Shown here piece by piece: positions 10,454-21,418 of a stretch of 64,000 nt of DNA. Positions within the stretch are counted from its first letter, which is position 1; every line of letters begins with the position of its first letter. Under the pieces are notes generated by a model that searched no databases, was not told the origin of the DNA, and saw nothing but the letters and a program-made list of their open reading frames with translations. The stretch covers positions 32,001-96,000 of the forward strand of contig CAVSQB010000010.1 in the NCBI GenBank assembly GCA_963729895.1. The letters run 5' to 3'. A program made the position numbers and the translations under genes. The DNA comes from an uncultured Fibrobacterota bacterium. GTDB taxonomy: Bacteria; Fibrobacterota; Chitinivibrionia; Chitinivibrionales; FEN-1185.

Positions 10454-11107
10454 CTACGAAAACAGCTCCGCCTCCACCATTGCGCACCAACAATGATATA
10501 CCGGCTGGTGAAGCTGCTGAATTTTGTAGGTGACTTCTTCCGGAACGCACACAAGGGCATCGCAACCGAGGTCTTTCGCCCTGCCCCCGTTTTTTCCCGT
10601 CAGGCAGATGACTTTTAGCCCGAAAAGTTTTGCCACCGTAACCGCCCGAACAACGTTTTTCGAATTGCCTGAAGTGGAGAGCGCAATCAACACATCCCCC
10701 GGCAAGCCATACCCGAACACCTGTTGCGCAAAGATCATTTCCGCGTCTTCATCGTTTGCAATGGCGGTAACGAGCGGCGAATGGGCCGAAAGGGATATGG
10801 CGGGGAGCTGGCGCTGAAGGTGGCTGAGGAGAAACTGCTTGTCGTTCAACGGAATGGCGCTCTTCTTGATCTTTTCGGAATCTTCCTGCGTAAGCGAGCG
10901 CTTGAGGGCGAACTTGTTCATCATTTCGCCGACGATATGGTCCGCATCGGCAGCGCTGCCGCCGTTGCCGCAGGCAAGCGCCTTTCCGCCGCCTGTAAAG
11001 CATGCGACGAGAATCTCGAAGGCTCGGACGATGTCGTTCTGGCACGGTTCCAGCGCGGGATACGAGGTGAGGCACTCGTCAAGGTATTGTTTGGCGGATG
11101 GGTTCAT
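10454..11107 (-). CDS. gmhA: D-sedoheptulose-7-phosphate isomerase (SIS domain)
   Basis: '[12 protein letters not shown]', 'TAIAND', 'STSGNSKNV', 'IQQLH'. Confidence 0.85.
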   Translation of the reverse strand: MNPSAKQYLDECLTSYPALEPCQNDIVRAFEILVACFTGGGKALACGNGGSAADADHIVGEMMNKFALKRSLTQEDSEKIKKSAIPLNDKQFLLSHLQRQLPAISLSAHSPLVTAIANDEDAEMIFAQQVFGYGLPGDVLIALSTSGNSKNVVRAVTVAKLFGLKVICLTGKNGGRAKDLGCDALVCVPEEVTYKIQQLHQPVYHCWCAMVEAELFS

Positions 11108-12939
11108 GGTTCCGGCACCACCCGCACCGCTCCCCTGTCGGCCGACGTGGTAAACAGCGCATACGCTTTGAGCGCTTCCGAAATCACGCGCCTGCGCTTC
11201 GGTTTGAAGGCATTCTTCCCTTTTTTCAATTCGGCCTTCATGCGTTTTGCAAGCTCCTCCGCGGAAAGCTTTACACGTAGTTTCCGGTTTGGTATGTCGA
11301 TTTCGATGATGTCCCCGCTCTTGAGCAGCCCGATTTCACCGCCCGCTGCAGCCTCGGGCGAGACGTGGCCAATTGACAAACCTGATGTTCCGCCCGAAAA
11401 CCTTCCATCGGTGATGAGCGCGCATTTCGCGCCAAGATGCATGGACTTGATGTAAGACGTCGGGTACAGCATCTCCTGCATTCCCGGCCCGCCCTTTGGC
11501 CCTTCGTAGATAATAACCACCACGTCGCCGGCCTTGATCTTTCCCGCCAGGATGCCGTCTGCAGCCTGTTCCTGCGAATGAAATATCTTTGCCGCGCCGC
11601 TGAACGTAAGAATCGATTCGTCGACGCCGGCGGTCTTCACCACGCAGCCTTTCCTGGCGATGTTGCCGAAAAGCACGACAAGACCGCCGTCCTTGCTGTA
11701 GGGTGTTTTTGCGGAGCGGATGCAGCCGTTTTGCCTGTCTTTGTCGAGTTCCGGAGCCATGGTTTCCTGGGAGCCGAGCACGAGGTTGCGCTTTGCGCCG
11801 CCGGGCGCGCTTGAATAGTTTTCCAGCGCCTCGCTTGTCACCTGCGCGCCCATGATGTCGTTCCTCCGGATGACCTCGGAAAGGTCGCCGCCCGCCACAT
11901 GGCTCACGCTCCCGTCAATGAGTCCCGCCCTGTCAAGTTCCGCCAGGATGCCCATGATGCCGCCCGCACGGTTGACATCCTCAACATGAAACTGCGAACT
12001 CGGAGCAACTTTGCACAGCACCGGCACCTTCTTCGACAGCGCGTCGATGTCCTTCATGGTGAATTTGACGTGAGCGGCATTCGCGATCGCAAGGAGGTGG
12101 AGCACGGTGTTGGTGGAACCGCCCATGGCGATGTCGAGGCTCATGGCATTGACAAACGCTTTCCTGCTGGCGATTGAAAGCGGCACAACCGATTCGTCCC
12201 CTTTTTCGTAGTACGACGTCGCCATTTCCACAATGCGCTTCGCCGCGTTTTCAAACAGGCGGACCCTGTTCTTATGCGTGGCCACGATGGTGCCGTTGCC
12301 CGGCAAGGCGAGCCCGAGCGCCTCGGTAAGGCAGTTCATGGAATTGGCGGTAAAAAGACCCGAGCACGACCCGCACGACGGGCAGGCCGCGAGTTCGATG
12401 TCGCGAAGGTCGGCATCCGGCACCTCCGGGTCGGCCCCCATCACCATGGCATCGATCAGGTCGTATTTTCTTCCATTCAACACGCCCGCCTCCATGGGAC
12501 CGCCGGACACAAAGATCGCGGGCACGTTGAGACGCATCGCCGCCATCAGCATGCCGGGCGTTATTTTGTCGCAGTTGGTAATGCAGAGCATTGCGTCGGC
12601 CCTGTGCGCATTCATCATGTATTCCACGCTGTCGGCGATGAGCTCGCGCGACGGAAGGGAATACAGCATGCCTTCGTGTCCCATGGCAATACCGTCGTCT
12701 ATGGCAATGGTGTCGAATTCGGCCGCAAAACATCCCTGCGCCTCGATTATCGATTTGGCCCGCTGTCCAATCTCGTGCAAATGCACGTGTCCGGGCACAA
12801 ACTGGGTGAATGAATTGACGATAGCGATTATCGGCCTTCCGAATTGCTCCTCTTTCATGCCATTGGCGCGCCACAGGCTCCTTGCGCCCGCCATGCGCCT
12901 TCCCTCGGTTGAGGTTGCGCTGCGCAACTTGTGCATCAT
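11104..12939 (-). CDS. ilvD: Dihydroxy-acid dehydratase
   Basis: '[13 protein letters not shown]', 'CDKITPG', '[15 protein letters not shown]', 'GGSTNTVLH', '[11 protein letters not shown]'; start trimmed to MMHKLRS. Confidence 0.96.
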   Translation of the reverse strand: MMHKLRSATSTEGRRMAGARSLWRANGMKEEQFGRPIIAIVNSFTQFVPGHVHLHEIGQRAKSIIEAQGCFAAEFDTIAIDDGIAMGHEGMLYSLPSRELIADSVEYMMNAHRADAMLCITNCDKITPGMLMAAMRLNVPAIFVSGGPMEAGVLNGRKYDLIDAMVMGADPEVPDADLRDIELAACPSCGSCSGLFTANSMNCLTEALGLALPGNGTIVATHKNRVRLFENAAKRIVEMATSYYEKGDESVVPLSIASRKAFVNAMSLDIAMGGSTNTVLHLLAIANAAHVKFTMKDIDALSKKVPVLCKVAPSSQFHVEDVNRAGGIMGILAELDRAGLIDGSVSHVAGGDLSEVIRRNDIMGAQVTSEALENYSSAPGGAKRNLVLGSQETMAPELDKDRQNGCIRSAKTPYSKDGGLVVLFGNIARKGCVVKTAGVDESILTFSGAAKIFHSQEQAADGILAGKIKAGDVVVIIYEGPKGGPGMQEMLYPTSYIKSMHLGAKCALITDGRFSGGTSGLSIGHVSPEAAAGGEIGLLKSGDIIEIDIPNRKLRVKLSAEELAKRMKAELKKGKNAFKPKRRRVISEALKAYALFTTSADRGAVRVVPEP

Positions 12940-13043
12940 TGCCCGTCCTTTCTTTCCGGAAGAAGGCGCCGGGCAATTGCCCGTGCGGTTCCACCGTATC
13001 AATACCATAAAATCGTTGAAAATGTGGCGCTGTTCAAGAGAAT

Positions 13044-13976
13044 TCACTCTTTTTCGAGACTGTCGAGCAGTTGCTGGTACGCCCGCGCCTTGGGTGTTTC
13101 CGTGAAGGCGATCTGGTCCGGGGTGAATATCTTCTCCACCCGGTAGAATGCCGTGGAAATTGCCCCAGGCCGCGCCGTGGGTTCCCCGCAGGAGTCTGCA
13201 AAGCAGAAATCGCGCGGTATGAGAACCGGCGAACTGTTGGGCACGTACTGGTCGGCCGTGAAATCGAGGATGTATTCCACGCTGTCGACAACCACCAGGT
13301 CAAAACTGTGGAACGCGCCGATGAACTGTCCCTGCACGCGGTAACAGGCGATGCCCCTTTTCGTGAAGTACTTGGCCACCATTGTCGAAAAGGGAACGCA
13401 TGCGCCCTCATCTTTCGGGTCTATCATCGATTTGTAAATGGCGTATATATCCCGCGCAGGACGGACGTAGTGCGAGCAGAACGTTGCTCGGTCAACCGAG
13501 ACCGCGGAGGGAAAGATCTTTTTGACGCGCTGTCTCGTTTCCAGCACCCTGGAGCATGCCGTGTCGGAAAGCATGCCCGCAAATCCCCTGAAGTAGTCGT
13601 TACGCACGCTGCAACTGGCCGGGCCCTCCACAAACACCGTGTCTCTTTTGGAAATCCTTTCAAAAAGAGGCGTCACGCGGCATGCGACCCTGTTTCCTTT
13701 CACCACGCGCGTCCTCACGCCCCGCGATTCCATCCACAAAAGGCTGAACCGGCGGCGCGAAGCGATGGGCGCAAAATTCGCCTTTGAAAAGCCGGTGCCG
13801 CAATCGGCATACACATTGTAAGCCGCGGCGCCGGGAACATCTCCCCAGGAGAGCGTTATCATGTCCTCGGTGAATTGGGCGGCAACGGAGAACCGGCACA
13901 GCGCCGTGTCGCCGGCGCGGCATGCAAGAACAACAAGGAGGATGATTAGCGTTGATCGCGCCGGTGCCTTATGCAT
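13044..13976 (-). CDS. Secreted hypothetical protein with C-terminal transglutaminase/papain-like Cys-His-Asp domain
   Basis: Hydrophobic N-terminus; FN3-like '[17 protein letters not shown]'; 'GACVPFS...FHSF...ILDFTADQY'. Confidence 0.6.
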   Translation of the reverse strand: MHKAPARSTLIILLVVLACRAGDTALCRFSVAAQFTEDMITLSWGDVPGAAAYNVYADCGTGFSKANFAPIASRRRFSLLWMESRGVRTRVVKGNRVACRVTPLFERISKRDTVFVEGPASCSVRNDYFRGFAGMLSDTACSRVLETRQRVKKIFPSAVSVDRATFCSHYVRPARDIYAIYKSMIDPKDEGACVPFSTMVAKYFTKRGIACYRVQGQFIGAFHSFDLVVVDSVEYILDFTADQYVPNSSPVLIPRDFCFADSCGEPTARPGAISTAFYRVEKIFTPDQIAFTETPKARAYQQLLDSLEKE

Positions 13977-14060
13977 CAAAAGAAAATAATAGAAAGCTGC
14001 CGTTACGAAAAGGTGCCGCTGTGGCGCCCGGGGAAATTGGAAGGGGGACTTGCCCGGACA

Positions 14061-14465
14061 TTATTGAACGGTTTCCGGCTCCGAAGCAATGCCGTTCTGG
14101 CCGGCATCGTCGGCCCCGGAGTCGTCTGAATCAAGGTCCGCATCGAGGGTTTCCGGGGCCTCCGGGGGTTTCTGGTCTGATCCGGGCGGCAAAGGAAGCC
14201 TGTCGCGGATTTCCTTGAGCACGTGAATAATGATATCGTTCTGTTTTACAAGCCGGTCGGTAAGGTTAGGTGATTCTCTTTTGAACCGGTCGTTTCGCCG
14301 CCGCGGGTGCTGCTGGCCGCCGTTGTACCCGGCGGCAGGACTGTAGTTGAAAGCCGTGCTTGGGCTGTAGTTCGGCATCTTTTCGGGATACTTGGGCTGT
14401 CCCATTTTCCTGTTGCCGAGATTTACCATGCCCGCTCTCTGGGAATCATCGTTCATCATCGGCAC
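14061..14465 (-). CDS. Hypothetical protein (largely disordered, central helix)
   Basis: AAAGGAG RBS before GTG; fits between miaA and the next minus-strand gene; no recognised family. Confidence 0.6.
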   Translation of the reverse strand: MPMMNDDSQRAGMVNLGNRKMGQPKYPEKMPNYSPSTAFNYSPAAGYNGGQQHPRRRNDRFKRESPNLTDRLVKQNDIIIHVLKEIRDRLPLPPGSDQKPPEAPETLDADLDSDDSGADDAGQNGIASEPETVQ

Positions 14466-14706
14466 ATACTCCTTTCGTCAAGGAACAAGCCCGGCACAAC
14501 GAGGCGTTCGCGCGACGCCGTTGCCGTGTCCGGCGTATCTGCCAGGCCTGCGGACGGCATGGTCTTCCTCACGTGATTATACTACTGTTGGGAACCTGTT
14601 GCCAGATAAAAATGCCGGAGAACACTTTGAGGCGGCACGGTCTGTCTCAAAAGTAAAAAGAGGAACGTCCCGCGAAAGGCCCGGCAGCCGAAGCCGGACG
14701 GGCGGA

Positions 14707-15639
14707 TCAGAGGCCGCAGAATTCCTTCACCCGCGCCGATACGGTTTCGCACGTCCGGGCGTTGCAGACCGCTTCCATGCCTTTCACCTGATGCCGGAAC
14801 CACGTGATCTGCCGTTTGGCATAGTTCCTCGTGTCCTGTTTTATTGCGTCAACCGCGTTCTGCAGGCTCGCGTCGTTCCTCTCAAATGCAAAGAACTCCC
14901 TGTAGCCTACGCACAGCAGCCCCGGCGAATGCTCGCCGTATCCCCGCCTCCTGAGCGATTGGAATTCCTCCAACAGCCCGCTCTTCATCATTTTGTCAAC
15001 GCGAACGTTGATCCGCTCGTACAGCGCCTCCCTGTCGAGGGAAAGAACAATGGGGTCAAAGCTGATACCGGCCGGAGGGACCGCGAATTTCTTGAGCTGG
15101 GACATCGGCCTGCCCGTTGCGTGATATACTTCGAGGGCGCGGACATTTCTCTGGAGATTTGAGGCGTGGCTCGCGGAGGCGGTAACGGGATCGACCCGCG
15201 CGAGTTCGTCGAATACTTTTTGCCGTCCGTGGACCCGCGCCATGGCCGCATAGGTTTCGCGAAGCGCCTTGTCTTGCGCGACCTGAGGGCCGACGCCGCG
15301 GCTGAGGGCCTGAAAATACAACCCCGTGCCGCCGCAGAGCAAAACGCGTTTGCCGAGCGCGGCCCTTTCGCGAATAAGAGCGAGGGCCGCCCGGGCATAG
15401 GCGAATGCCGAAAACCGGGCGCCTGGGTCAACGACATCGATCATCCAGTGTTTCACGCGCGCCCTGTCGTGCGGCGAGGGTTTTGCCGTGCCGATGTCCA
15501 TCCCCCGGTACACCTGCCGGGAATCGCACGACAGTAGCTCGAACCCGAGCTGTTCGCAAACAGTCAACGCAAGCGCCGACTTGCCGACCGCCGTCGGGCC
15601 GAGCAGCGCGGGAACCCTTCTGTTCTTGTCCGGATCCAA
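14707..15639 (-). CDS. miaA: tRNA dimethylallyltransferase
   Basis: 'GPTAVGKS', 'DSRQVYRGMDIGTAKP', 'GGTGLY', 'TRNYAKRQITWF'. Confidence 0.96.
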   Translation of the reverse strand: MDPDKNRRVPALLGPTAVGKSALALTVCEQLGFELLSCDSRQVYRGMDIGTAKPSPHDRARVKHWMIDVVDPGARFSAFAYARAALALIRERAALGKRVLLCGGTGLYFQALSRGVGPQVAQDKALRETYAAMARVHGRQKVFDELARVDPVTASASHASNLQRNVRALEVYHATGRPMSQLKKFAVPPAGISFDPIVLSLDREALYERINVRVDKMMKSGLLEEFQSLRRRGYGEHSPGLLCVGYREFFAFERNDASLQNAVDAIKQDTRNYAKRQITWFRHQVKGMEAVCNARTCETVSARVKEFCGL

Positions 15640-15702
15640 ATTGACACACCCCGGAACAATGGGTATTTTTACAGGCTGATGTAATCCACCCGGGAGACGC
15701 GT

Positions 15703-16863
15703 ATCACCAAAAAAGCCTCGCCAGTACGCTTTCGGCCGTTTGCGGCCGCAGCCGCTATCGTCGCCGTTCTTGTTGTCTGCCTTGTCTGGTTTGTCGCAAA
15801 GAAACCCGATTCCTGCAGCGCCCTTTTTTCCCTAGTGACGGGCGGGCGGGCGCCCGCCGACCCCGTCACCGCAAAAAATACAACAGCGTCGGGCCGGTCG
15901 CCCCTAGAATCGGCGCTGGGCAAGAAACTTGCGGAACTGGAAGTCCGACCGGCGGACATAACCTCGCGATATTCCCCGCAGGATCACGCGATTCTCATGC
16001 AGGCTGCCATCCCAAAAGGAAAACCGCTCGAATGGATCGTGTGGCAGCTATCCACCGCGGTCGAGGGTACCGCGTATCGCGTTTCCGACTGCACGGCGGA
16101 CGAAAGAAAACCGGCGTGTACCATGGTGTTCTCTTCGGCCTCAAAACGCGATCCGCAAATCACGCTTGCCCTGGCCGCGTCCGATAGGTTCTTTTCCGGC
16201 ACGGCGCGCATGGGTTTTGTCGTTGAAAATCTGGAAGACACGGCCTACCAGGTCGCGGTCGCGATGCTTTCTTTTCCGGAACCAATCACCGTTTCCCTGG
16301 CGCCGGCGGGAAAGAAAGCGTTTCTCATCGCCCAGCTTGCCGAACAGTATAAGAAGGAAGTAATTATCCGCCTTCCGCTTGAACCCGTGGGCAAAGTTCC
16401 CAAGGAATTTGAGCAGTTGACCATTATGGTGCACTACTCCCCGGAGGCGATCCGCCGGATAATTTCCGATGCTGTAAAACATGTCCCGAATGTAAAAGGA
16501 TTCTCCAACCTGTGGGGTTCCCGCGCCTTGGAAGACTCCCGGGTGATGACCATCGTCCTCGATGAGGCGAAGAAACTGCACGGATACTTTGTGGCAACGA
16601 AATCCGCCAAGAACCCGGTGGCCGGCCCCATCGCGGCGCGCATCGGCCTGCCGTACGAAGAAATCGGCGTCCGGCTGGAAAAGACCGCCGCAACGGACCT
16701 GCTCGCCGAAATCAAGCATTACGCAGCTGTCGCGCAGGCAAAGGGTTCCCTTCTGGTACGGTGCTCGGGAACGCGCCAAACCGGTGAAGCGCTCAGGGCC
16801 GCGCTCCCGTTTCTGAAGCAGAACGGGATACAACTGGCGTTTGTTTCGGAAATCCTGAAGTAG
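15703..16863 (+). CDS. Membrane-anchored divergent polysaccharide deacetylase-family (YibQ-like) protein; start uncertain
   Basis: C-terminal 'IIRLPLEP...VPNVKGFSNLWGSR' resembles the family 'HLPMEP..GVNNHMGS' motif but is degenerate; frame extends upstream of 15835 through a TM segment to ATC 15703. Confidence 0.7.
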   Translation: MTKKASPVRFRPFAAAAAIVAVLVVCLVWFVAKKPDSCSALFSLVTGGRAPADPVTAKNTTASGRSPLESALGKKLAELEVRPADITSRYSPQDHAILMQAAIPKGKPLEWIVWQLSTAVEGTAYRVSDCTADERKPACTMVFSSASKRDPQITLALAASDRFFSGTARMGFVVENLEDTAYQVAVAMLSFPEPITVSLAPAGKKAFLIAQLAEQYKKEVIIRLPLEPVGKVPKEFEQLTIMVHYSPEAIRRIISDAVKHVPNVKGFSNLWGSRALEDSRVMTIVLDEAKKLHGYFVATKSAKNPVAGPIAARIGLPYEEIGVRLEKTAATDLLAEIKHYAAVAQAKGSLLVRCSGTRQTGEALRAALPFLKQNGIQLAFVSEILK

Positions 16864-17015
16864 ATGCCGCCGCTTGCAGCACGTCCAACCGCCCCGTTAC
16901 TGAGCCGTTCATAGCTAAGGCCGCCTGAGGCATTCGCTCTACGATGAACTGCTTAGTAACCTCCTAAAACCACATCACAAAAATGTATATTGAAGCATCG
17001 AAAGGAGAACAACAC

Positions 17016-17726
17016 ATGGCCACCCTTGGCGTCAATATCGACCATATCGCCACCATCCGCCAGGCTCGCGGAGGAAAAGATCCCGATCCTGTCCAGGCCG
17101 CGGTGGTCGCCGAGCTCGCCGGAGCGCACGGCATTACCGCCCATCTCCGCGAAGACCGGCGCCATATCCAGGACCGCGACGTGTACCTGCTCAAACAGAC
17201 CGTCTCCACGCGGCTCAATCTCGAAATGGCGGCAACGCCCGACATCGTGAAGATCGCGGTTGACGTCCTTCCGTTCATGGTGACACTCGTGCCGGAAAAA
17301 CGCGAAGAGCGCACCACTGAAGGCGGACTTCCCGTGAGCGACAAGGAACGAGACCTCGAAAAGACCATCGAGTCTTTCCGCAACAACAACATTATCGTCA
17401 GCCTTTTTATCGACCCCGATATCCGGCAGATCAAGGCGGCAAGGCATACGGGCGCTTCGCACATCGAACTGCACACCGGGTATTACGCAAACGCCAAGGG
17501 TCAGGCGCGGTTCGATGAACTGGAGCGATTGCGCGATGCGACCATGGTGGCCAGGAAACTCGGGCTGCGCGTGAACGCGGGCCACGGACTCGATTACCAC
17601 AACGTGACGGCCGTGGCGGGAATCGAGGGAATGGAAGAGCTTAACATCGGACACAGCATCGTGGCGCGGGCCGCGCTGGCGGGACTTGACAGCGCCGTGC
17701 GCGACATGCTGGCGCTTGTCGGTTGA
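17016..17726 (+). CDS. pdxJ: Pyridoxine 5'-phosphate synthase
   Basis: '[15 protein letters not shown]', 'HLREDRRHI', 'TTEGGL', 'AGHGL', 'ELNIGHSI'; AAAGGAG RBS. Confidence 0.97.
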   Translation: MATLGVNIDHIATIRQARGGKDPDPVQAAVVAELAGAHGITAHLREDRRHIQDRDVYLLKQTVSTRLNLEMAATPDIVKIAVDVLPFMVTLVPEKREERTTEGGLPVSDKERDLEKTIESFRNNNIIVSLFIDPDIRQIKAARHTGASHIELHTGYYANAKGQARFDELERLRDATMVARKLGLRVNAGHGLDYHNVTAVAGIEGMEELNIGHSIVARAALAGLDSAVRDMLALVG

Positions 17727-17765
17727 CAAGCCCCGGGATCTGCTCCTGTCAACCTTTGGTTGCGA

Positions 17766-17812
17766 CAAACAGGAAACGCGCCGGTACACAGCACCGGCGC
17801 GTTTCCTGTTTG
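17766..17812. terminator. Perfect 20-bp inverted repeat between convergent genes (probable bidirectional terminator)
   Basis: CAAACAGGAAACGCGCCGGT-acacagc-ACCGGCGCGTTTCCTGTTTG between the pdxJ and dehydrogenase 3' ends. Confidence 0.7.
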
Positions 17813-17831
17813 CCTCATCACCAAGAATGTC

Positions 17832-19121
17832 TCAGCCGGCCCGGGCCTTCGTCTTCGTCCGTGCCACCGAAGGCTTCTTCTCTTTGGTCTGATCGGATTT
17901 GGACGGCTTGACGAATTTTATTTCGGTGGGAAGCCCGTTCTTGTCCATGATCTCGATAAACGGGTCCGGGTCGAGTTCCTCGACGTTCACCATGGTCTTG
18001 GGGTTCCAGGTTCCGTTGGCAACGAGTAAGGCGGCTGCGGCGGCCGGAACGCCGGCAGTATAGCTGATTGCCTGCGACTCCACTTCTTCGTAGCATTTCT
18101 TGTGGTCGCAGATGTTGTAGATAAAAATCTCCTTTTCCTTGCCGTCCTTTTTTCCCCTGATGAGATTGCCGATGCACGTTTTCCCCGTATAGACCTGGGC
18201 CAGCGTGCTCGGATCGGGCAGGCATGCCTTGACAACCTTGAGCGGAACCACCACCAGGCCTTCGGCCGTGGTGACGGGCTGGTGCGACAGGAGCCCGATG
18301 TTCTTGAGCACGGTGAATACGTTGACGTAGTGGTCGGAGAATCCCATCCAGAAGCGGATGCTGTTTGCGTCGATGTTTTTGGAAAGCGAATGCAGTTCGT
18401 CGTGGCCGTTGAGGTACACCGTCTGCTTGCCCACCACGGGAAACGTGTACACCATTTTCTCGTCGTGGATCGGCTTGCACACCCACTTGCGGTCGATCCA
18501 GGTCCATACCTTTATGAATTCCCTGAAGTTAATTTCGGGATCAAAATTGGTGGCAAAGTACTTGCCGTGGCTGCCGGCATTGACGTCCATGATATCGACG
18601 GTGTCGATGATGTCGAAATGATGTTTTACCGCCAGCGCGCAATAGGCGTTCACCACGCCGGGGTCGAACCCAACGCCGAGGATGGCGTTGATGCCGCGCT
18701 GCGTGCAGCGGTCCTTGCGCTTCCACTCGTAGTTGGCGTACCATGGCGGGTCTTCGCACACGCGGTCGGGTTCCTCGTGGATGGCGGTGTCCATGTAACT
18801 CACGCCCGCCTGGATGCACGCCTCGAGCACCGACATATTGACGAATGCTGCCCCCAGGTTGAGCACGATCTGCGAATTGGTCTCCTTGATGAGCTTCACC
18901 GTTGCGGGAATGTCCATGGCGTTGATCTGGCGGGAGAACAGCTTGCCCGACCTGTTCTTGATGTTGTTCTTCCGCATGACGCTGTCGATGATGGCATCGC
19001 ACTTGTACTGCGTGCGCGACGCGATGCAGATGTCTCCCAGGACGTCGTTGTGCTGCGCGCACTTGTGCGCGGCCACATGGGCCACGGCCCCGGCACCGAT
19101 GATCAACACGTTTCTTTTCAT
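17832..19121 (-). CDS. Carboxy(nor)spermidine dehydrogenase (saccharopine dehydrogenase family)
   Basis: 'LIIGAGAV', 'GFDPGVVN', 'FATNFDPEINFRE', 'SQAISYTAGVP'; directly downstream of nspC. Confidence 0.92.
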   Translation of the reverse strand: MKRNVLIIGAGAVAHVAAHKCAQHNDVLGDICIASRTQYKCDAIIDSVMRKNNIKNRSGKLFSRQINAMDIPATVKLIKETNSQIVLNLGAAFVNMSVLEACIQAGVSYMDTAIHEEPDRVCEDPPWYANYEWKRKDRCTQRGINAILGVGFDPGVVNAYCALAVKHHFDIIDTVDIMDVNAGSHGKYFATNFDPEINFREFIKVWTWIDRKWVCKPIHDEKMVYTFPVVGKQTVYLNGHDELHSLSKNIDANSIRFWMGFSDHYVNVFTVLKNIGLLSHQPVTTAEGLVVVPLKVVKACLPDPSTLAQVYTGKTCIGNLIRGKKDGKEKEIFIYNICDHKKCYEEVESQAISYTAGVPAAAAALLVANGTWNPKTMVNVEELDPDPFIEIMDKNGLPTEIKFVKPSKSDQTKEKKPSVARTKTKARAG

Positions 19122-19136
19122 ACTGCAACACCCTTC

Positions 19137-20240
19137 TCACGATACATTGTTTTTGAAATCACCATACGTAAACCGGCGGACCGTCTCGACGGACCCGTTG
19201 AGCCTTTTTACGACGATTGACGGCATAGGAAGCCCGTTGAACCAGTTCTTCTTCACCATCGAATAGCCTGCGGCATCCGCAAAACGCAGAACGCTCCCCA
19301 CGGCGAGCCGCCGCGGGAAACGAAACGTACCGAACACGTCTCCGGCAAGACACGATCTGCCGGCCACCATATACCGAAACGAGGCCCGTTTCCGCTCATG
19401 TACTTTTGCCGGCAACCGGTAGATGAGCAGGTCGAGCAGGTGCGCCTCCACGGACGCGTCCACGACCGCTATGTCGATTTCGTTTTTGACAATGTCGACA
19501 ACCGTGGTGACCAGCTCGGCCGACTGCGTTACCGCGCTTTCGCCCGGTTCGAGATAAATCCGGATGCCGAAGCGCGCTGCAAATTCCCTGAGCGCCGCGC
19601 AGAACGCCTGGAGCGGGTAACCGTCTTTGGTAAAATAGAGCCCGCCGCCGAAGCTCACCCACTCCATTTTTTCGAGCAGGCCGCCGTAGGTTTTGCCGAT
19701 GTACTCAAGCGACGAGGTAAAATTGTTCAGATCGTCGTTTTCGCAGTTAAAGTGGAACATGAGGCCGGTAATGAGATCCGAAACCGAATACAACTCCTTT
19801 TTATCAATGACGCCGAGCCTCGAATACCTTCGGGCGGGGTCCGCGAGGTCGTAGTGGGAACGGCTGATGCCCGGATTGACCCGAAGGCCCGCCGCGCGCC
19901 CGCGCACCAGATGGTGATACCGCCGGAGCTGGGACACGGAGTTGAAGATAACCTTGTCCGCGTATTTCTTGACGGACTTGATTTCTTCCTCGGTATACCC
20001 AACGCAGTAGGCGTGGGTTTCCTTGCCGAATGTTTCGTACCCGAGCCGCGCTTCGAACAGCGAGCTGCTCGTGGTCCCGTCCATGTAACGCTTCATAAGA
20101 TCGAATACGGCCCATGCGGAAAAACATTTGAGGGCGAGCACGACCTTGGCGCCCGATGTTTCGCGCACACGCTGGATCTTCTTCAGGTTGCGGAGCAATT
20201 TTCGTTCGTCAATGAGGTAATAGGGAGTCGTAATCGTCAT
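19137..20240 (-). CDS. nspC: Carboxy(nor)spermidine decarboxylase
   Basis: 'TPYYLIDE', 'LALKCFS', 'SSSLFEARLG', 'YLEPGES', 'SCLAGDVFG', 'MVKKNWFNG'. Confidence 0.93.
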   Translation of the reverse strand: MTITTPYYLIDERKLLRNLKKIQRVRETSGAKVVLALKCFSAWAVFDLMKRYMDGTTSSSLFEARLGYETFGKETHAYCVGYTEEEIKSVKKYADKVIFNSVSQLRRYHHLVRGRAAGLRVNPGISRSHYDLADPARRYSRLGVIDKKELYSVSDLITGLMFHFNCENDDLNNFTSSLEYIGKTYGGLLEKMEWVSFGGGLYFTKDGYPLQAFCAALREFAARFGIRIYLEPGESAVTQSAELVTTVVDIVKNEIDIAVVDASVEAHLLDLLIYRLPAKVHERKRASFRYMVAGRSCLAGDVFGTFRFPRRLAVGSVLRFADAAGYSMVKKNWFNGLPMPSIVVKRLNGSVETVRRFTYGDFKNNVS

Positions 20241-20556
20241 GGCCGGCCTGGTGCTTCGCTCCGGTGGAAGGAAATGCCCGTTGAGAATCGTATGATAAAA
20301 TTAAAATCCAACGAAAAAAAATGAAAGATGTTTTCGAAGAAAATCCGCCGGTCCTAGCCGGGACGGCGGCAGCGGCGTCACGTGAATGCCGTCGCCTTCG
20401 GCCAGGCGCGTGCCGCTTGTTTTGAAAGCATGGTTTGACGCCCCCTGGTTTGTGCGGACGGACGGACAACCTTCGGGTGGAACACCCGCAGCATGGCTTT
20501 ATCCATTTTGAATCAACAGACACTTTACTTTTTTGTTTCATTGTGTTACCATTTTA

Positions 20557-20587
20557 TTGAAGAACCCCGCCCCAAGTGGCGGGGACC
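20557..20587. repeat. REP-like palindrome, dispersed family member 1
   Basis: TTGAAGAACCCCGCCCCAAGTGGCGGGG; related copies at 38861 and 63403. Confidence 0.55.
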
Positions 20588-20698
20588 GCGATTACAACGG
20601 GATGTACGCCCCAGTGAGCGGGCTGCGTTATTGAGCAGGACTTGAAAATCAATACCCGATTTTTTTACCAACCATCAACCACTGTTTCAGGAGGTTCC

Positions 20699-21121
20699 AT
20701 GAAAAACTCATTGCTCTTCGCTCTCGCAGGAATCCTCTTTCTCTGCCCTGGGGCCTTCGCACAAAAGGATTCCACCACTTCCGCTGATACTATTTCGCAA
20801 ATAGCCAAGGTCTACAAGCTCGACAGCATCGCGTTCGGAACGGGTGTTGAACAGCGGGTACCGCAGGGCGTTGCAAATGAATTCGGCCCCTCGCCTGCAA
20901 AAGTGTTCTGCTGGACAAAAATATCCATCAATGCCGCTCCTGTGAGCATCAAGCACGTTTGGTACAACGGCGACGAGAAAGTCCTTGAAGTGCCGCTCAG
21001 GTTACGGTACGCTTCAGGACGCCTCTGGAGCTACAAGACCGTGACCCCCGGGCAATGGAAAGTGGAGGTGATCGGAGAGAACGGAGACGTTATCGGTTCT
21101 TCGAGCTTTACGGCAAAGTAA
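20699..21121 (+). CDS. Secreted DUF2914-like protein
   Basis: Signal peptide; 'VFCWTKI..IKHVWY...RLWSYKTVTPGQWKVEV'; GGAGG RBS. Confidence 0.8.
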   Translation: MKNSLLFALAGILFLCPGAFAQKDSTTSADTISQIAKVYKLDSIAFGTGVEQRVPQGVANEFGPSPAKVFCWTKISINAAPVSIKHVWYNGDEKVLEVPLRLRYASGRLWSYKTVTPGQWKVEVIGENGDVIGSSSFTAK

Positions 21122-21418
21122 CAAAGGTAAAGCCCCCGGGCTTGCCGCACTTGCCCTTGCAGATCGCTGCGGCTCGTGCCGGGGGATTCTTGATGCGCGC
21201 CGAAACATTCCGATAGTACCTCAAGCAACATGGGGCACCGTCGTAAGTTTTCCCTTTATCTCACACCGACAGACGGACATTTCGTAAAGTCGCTGCCGGA
21301 ACAACCGAGACCAAGTCGGTCCTTTCCGAATATTATTTTCCTATTCTGCAAAGAAGTTGCGTGCTATGTGACCGCCGTCACATGTCGGTTGGAGTGGCGG
21401 TATGCTATTTTTCATAAG

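Noticed and set aside
20241..20540. Riboswitch upstream of the polyamine genes
   Set aside because: GC-rich but with no recognisable aptamer consensus or terminator arrangement
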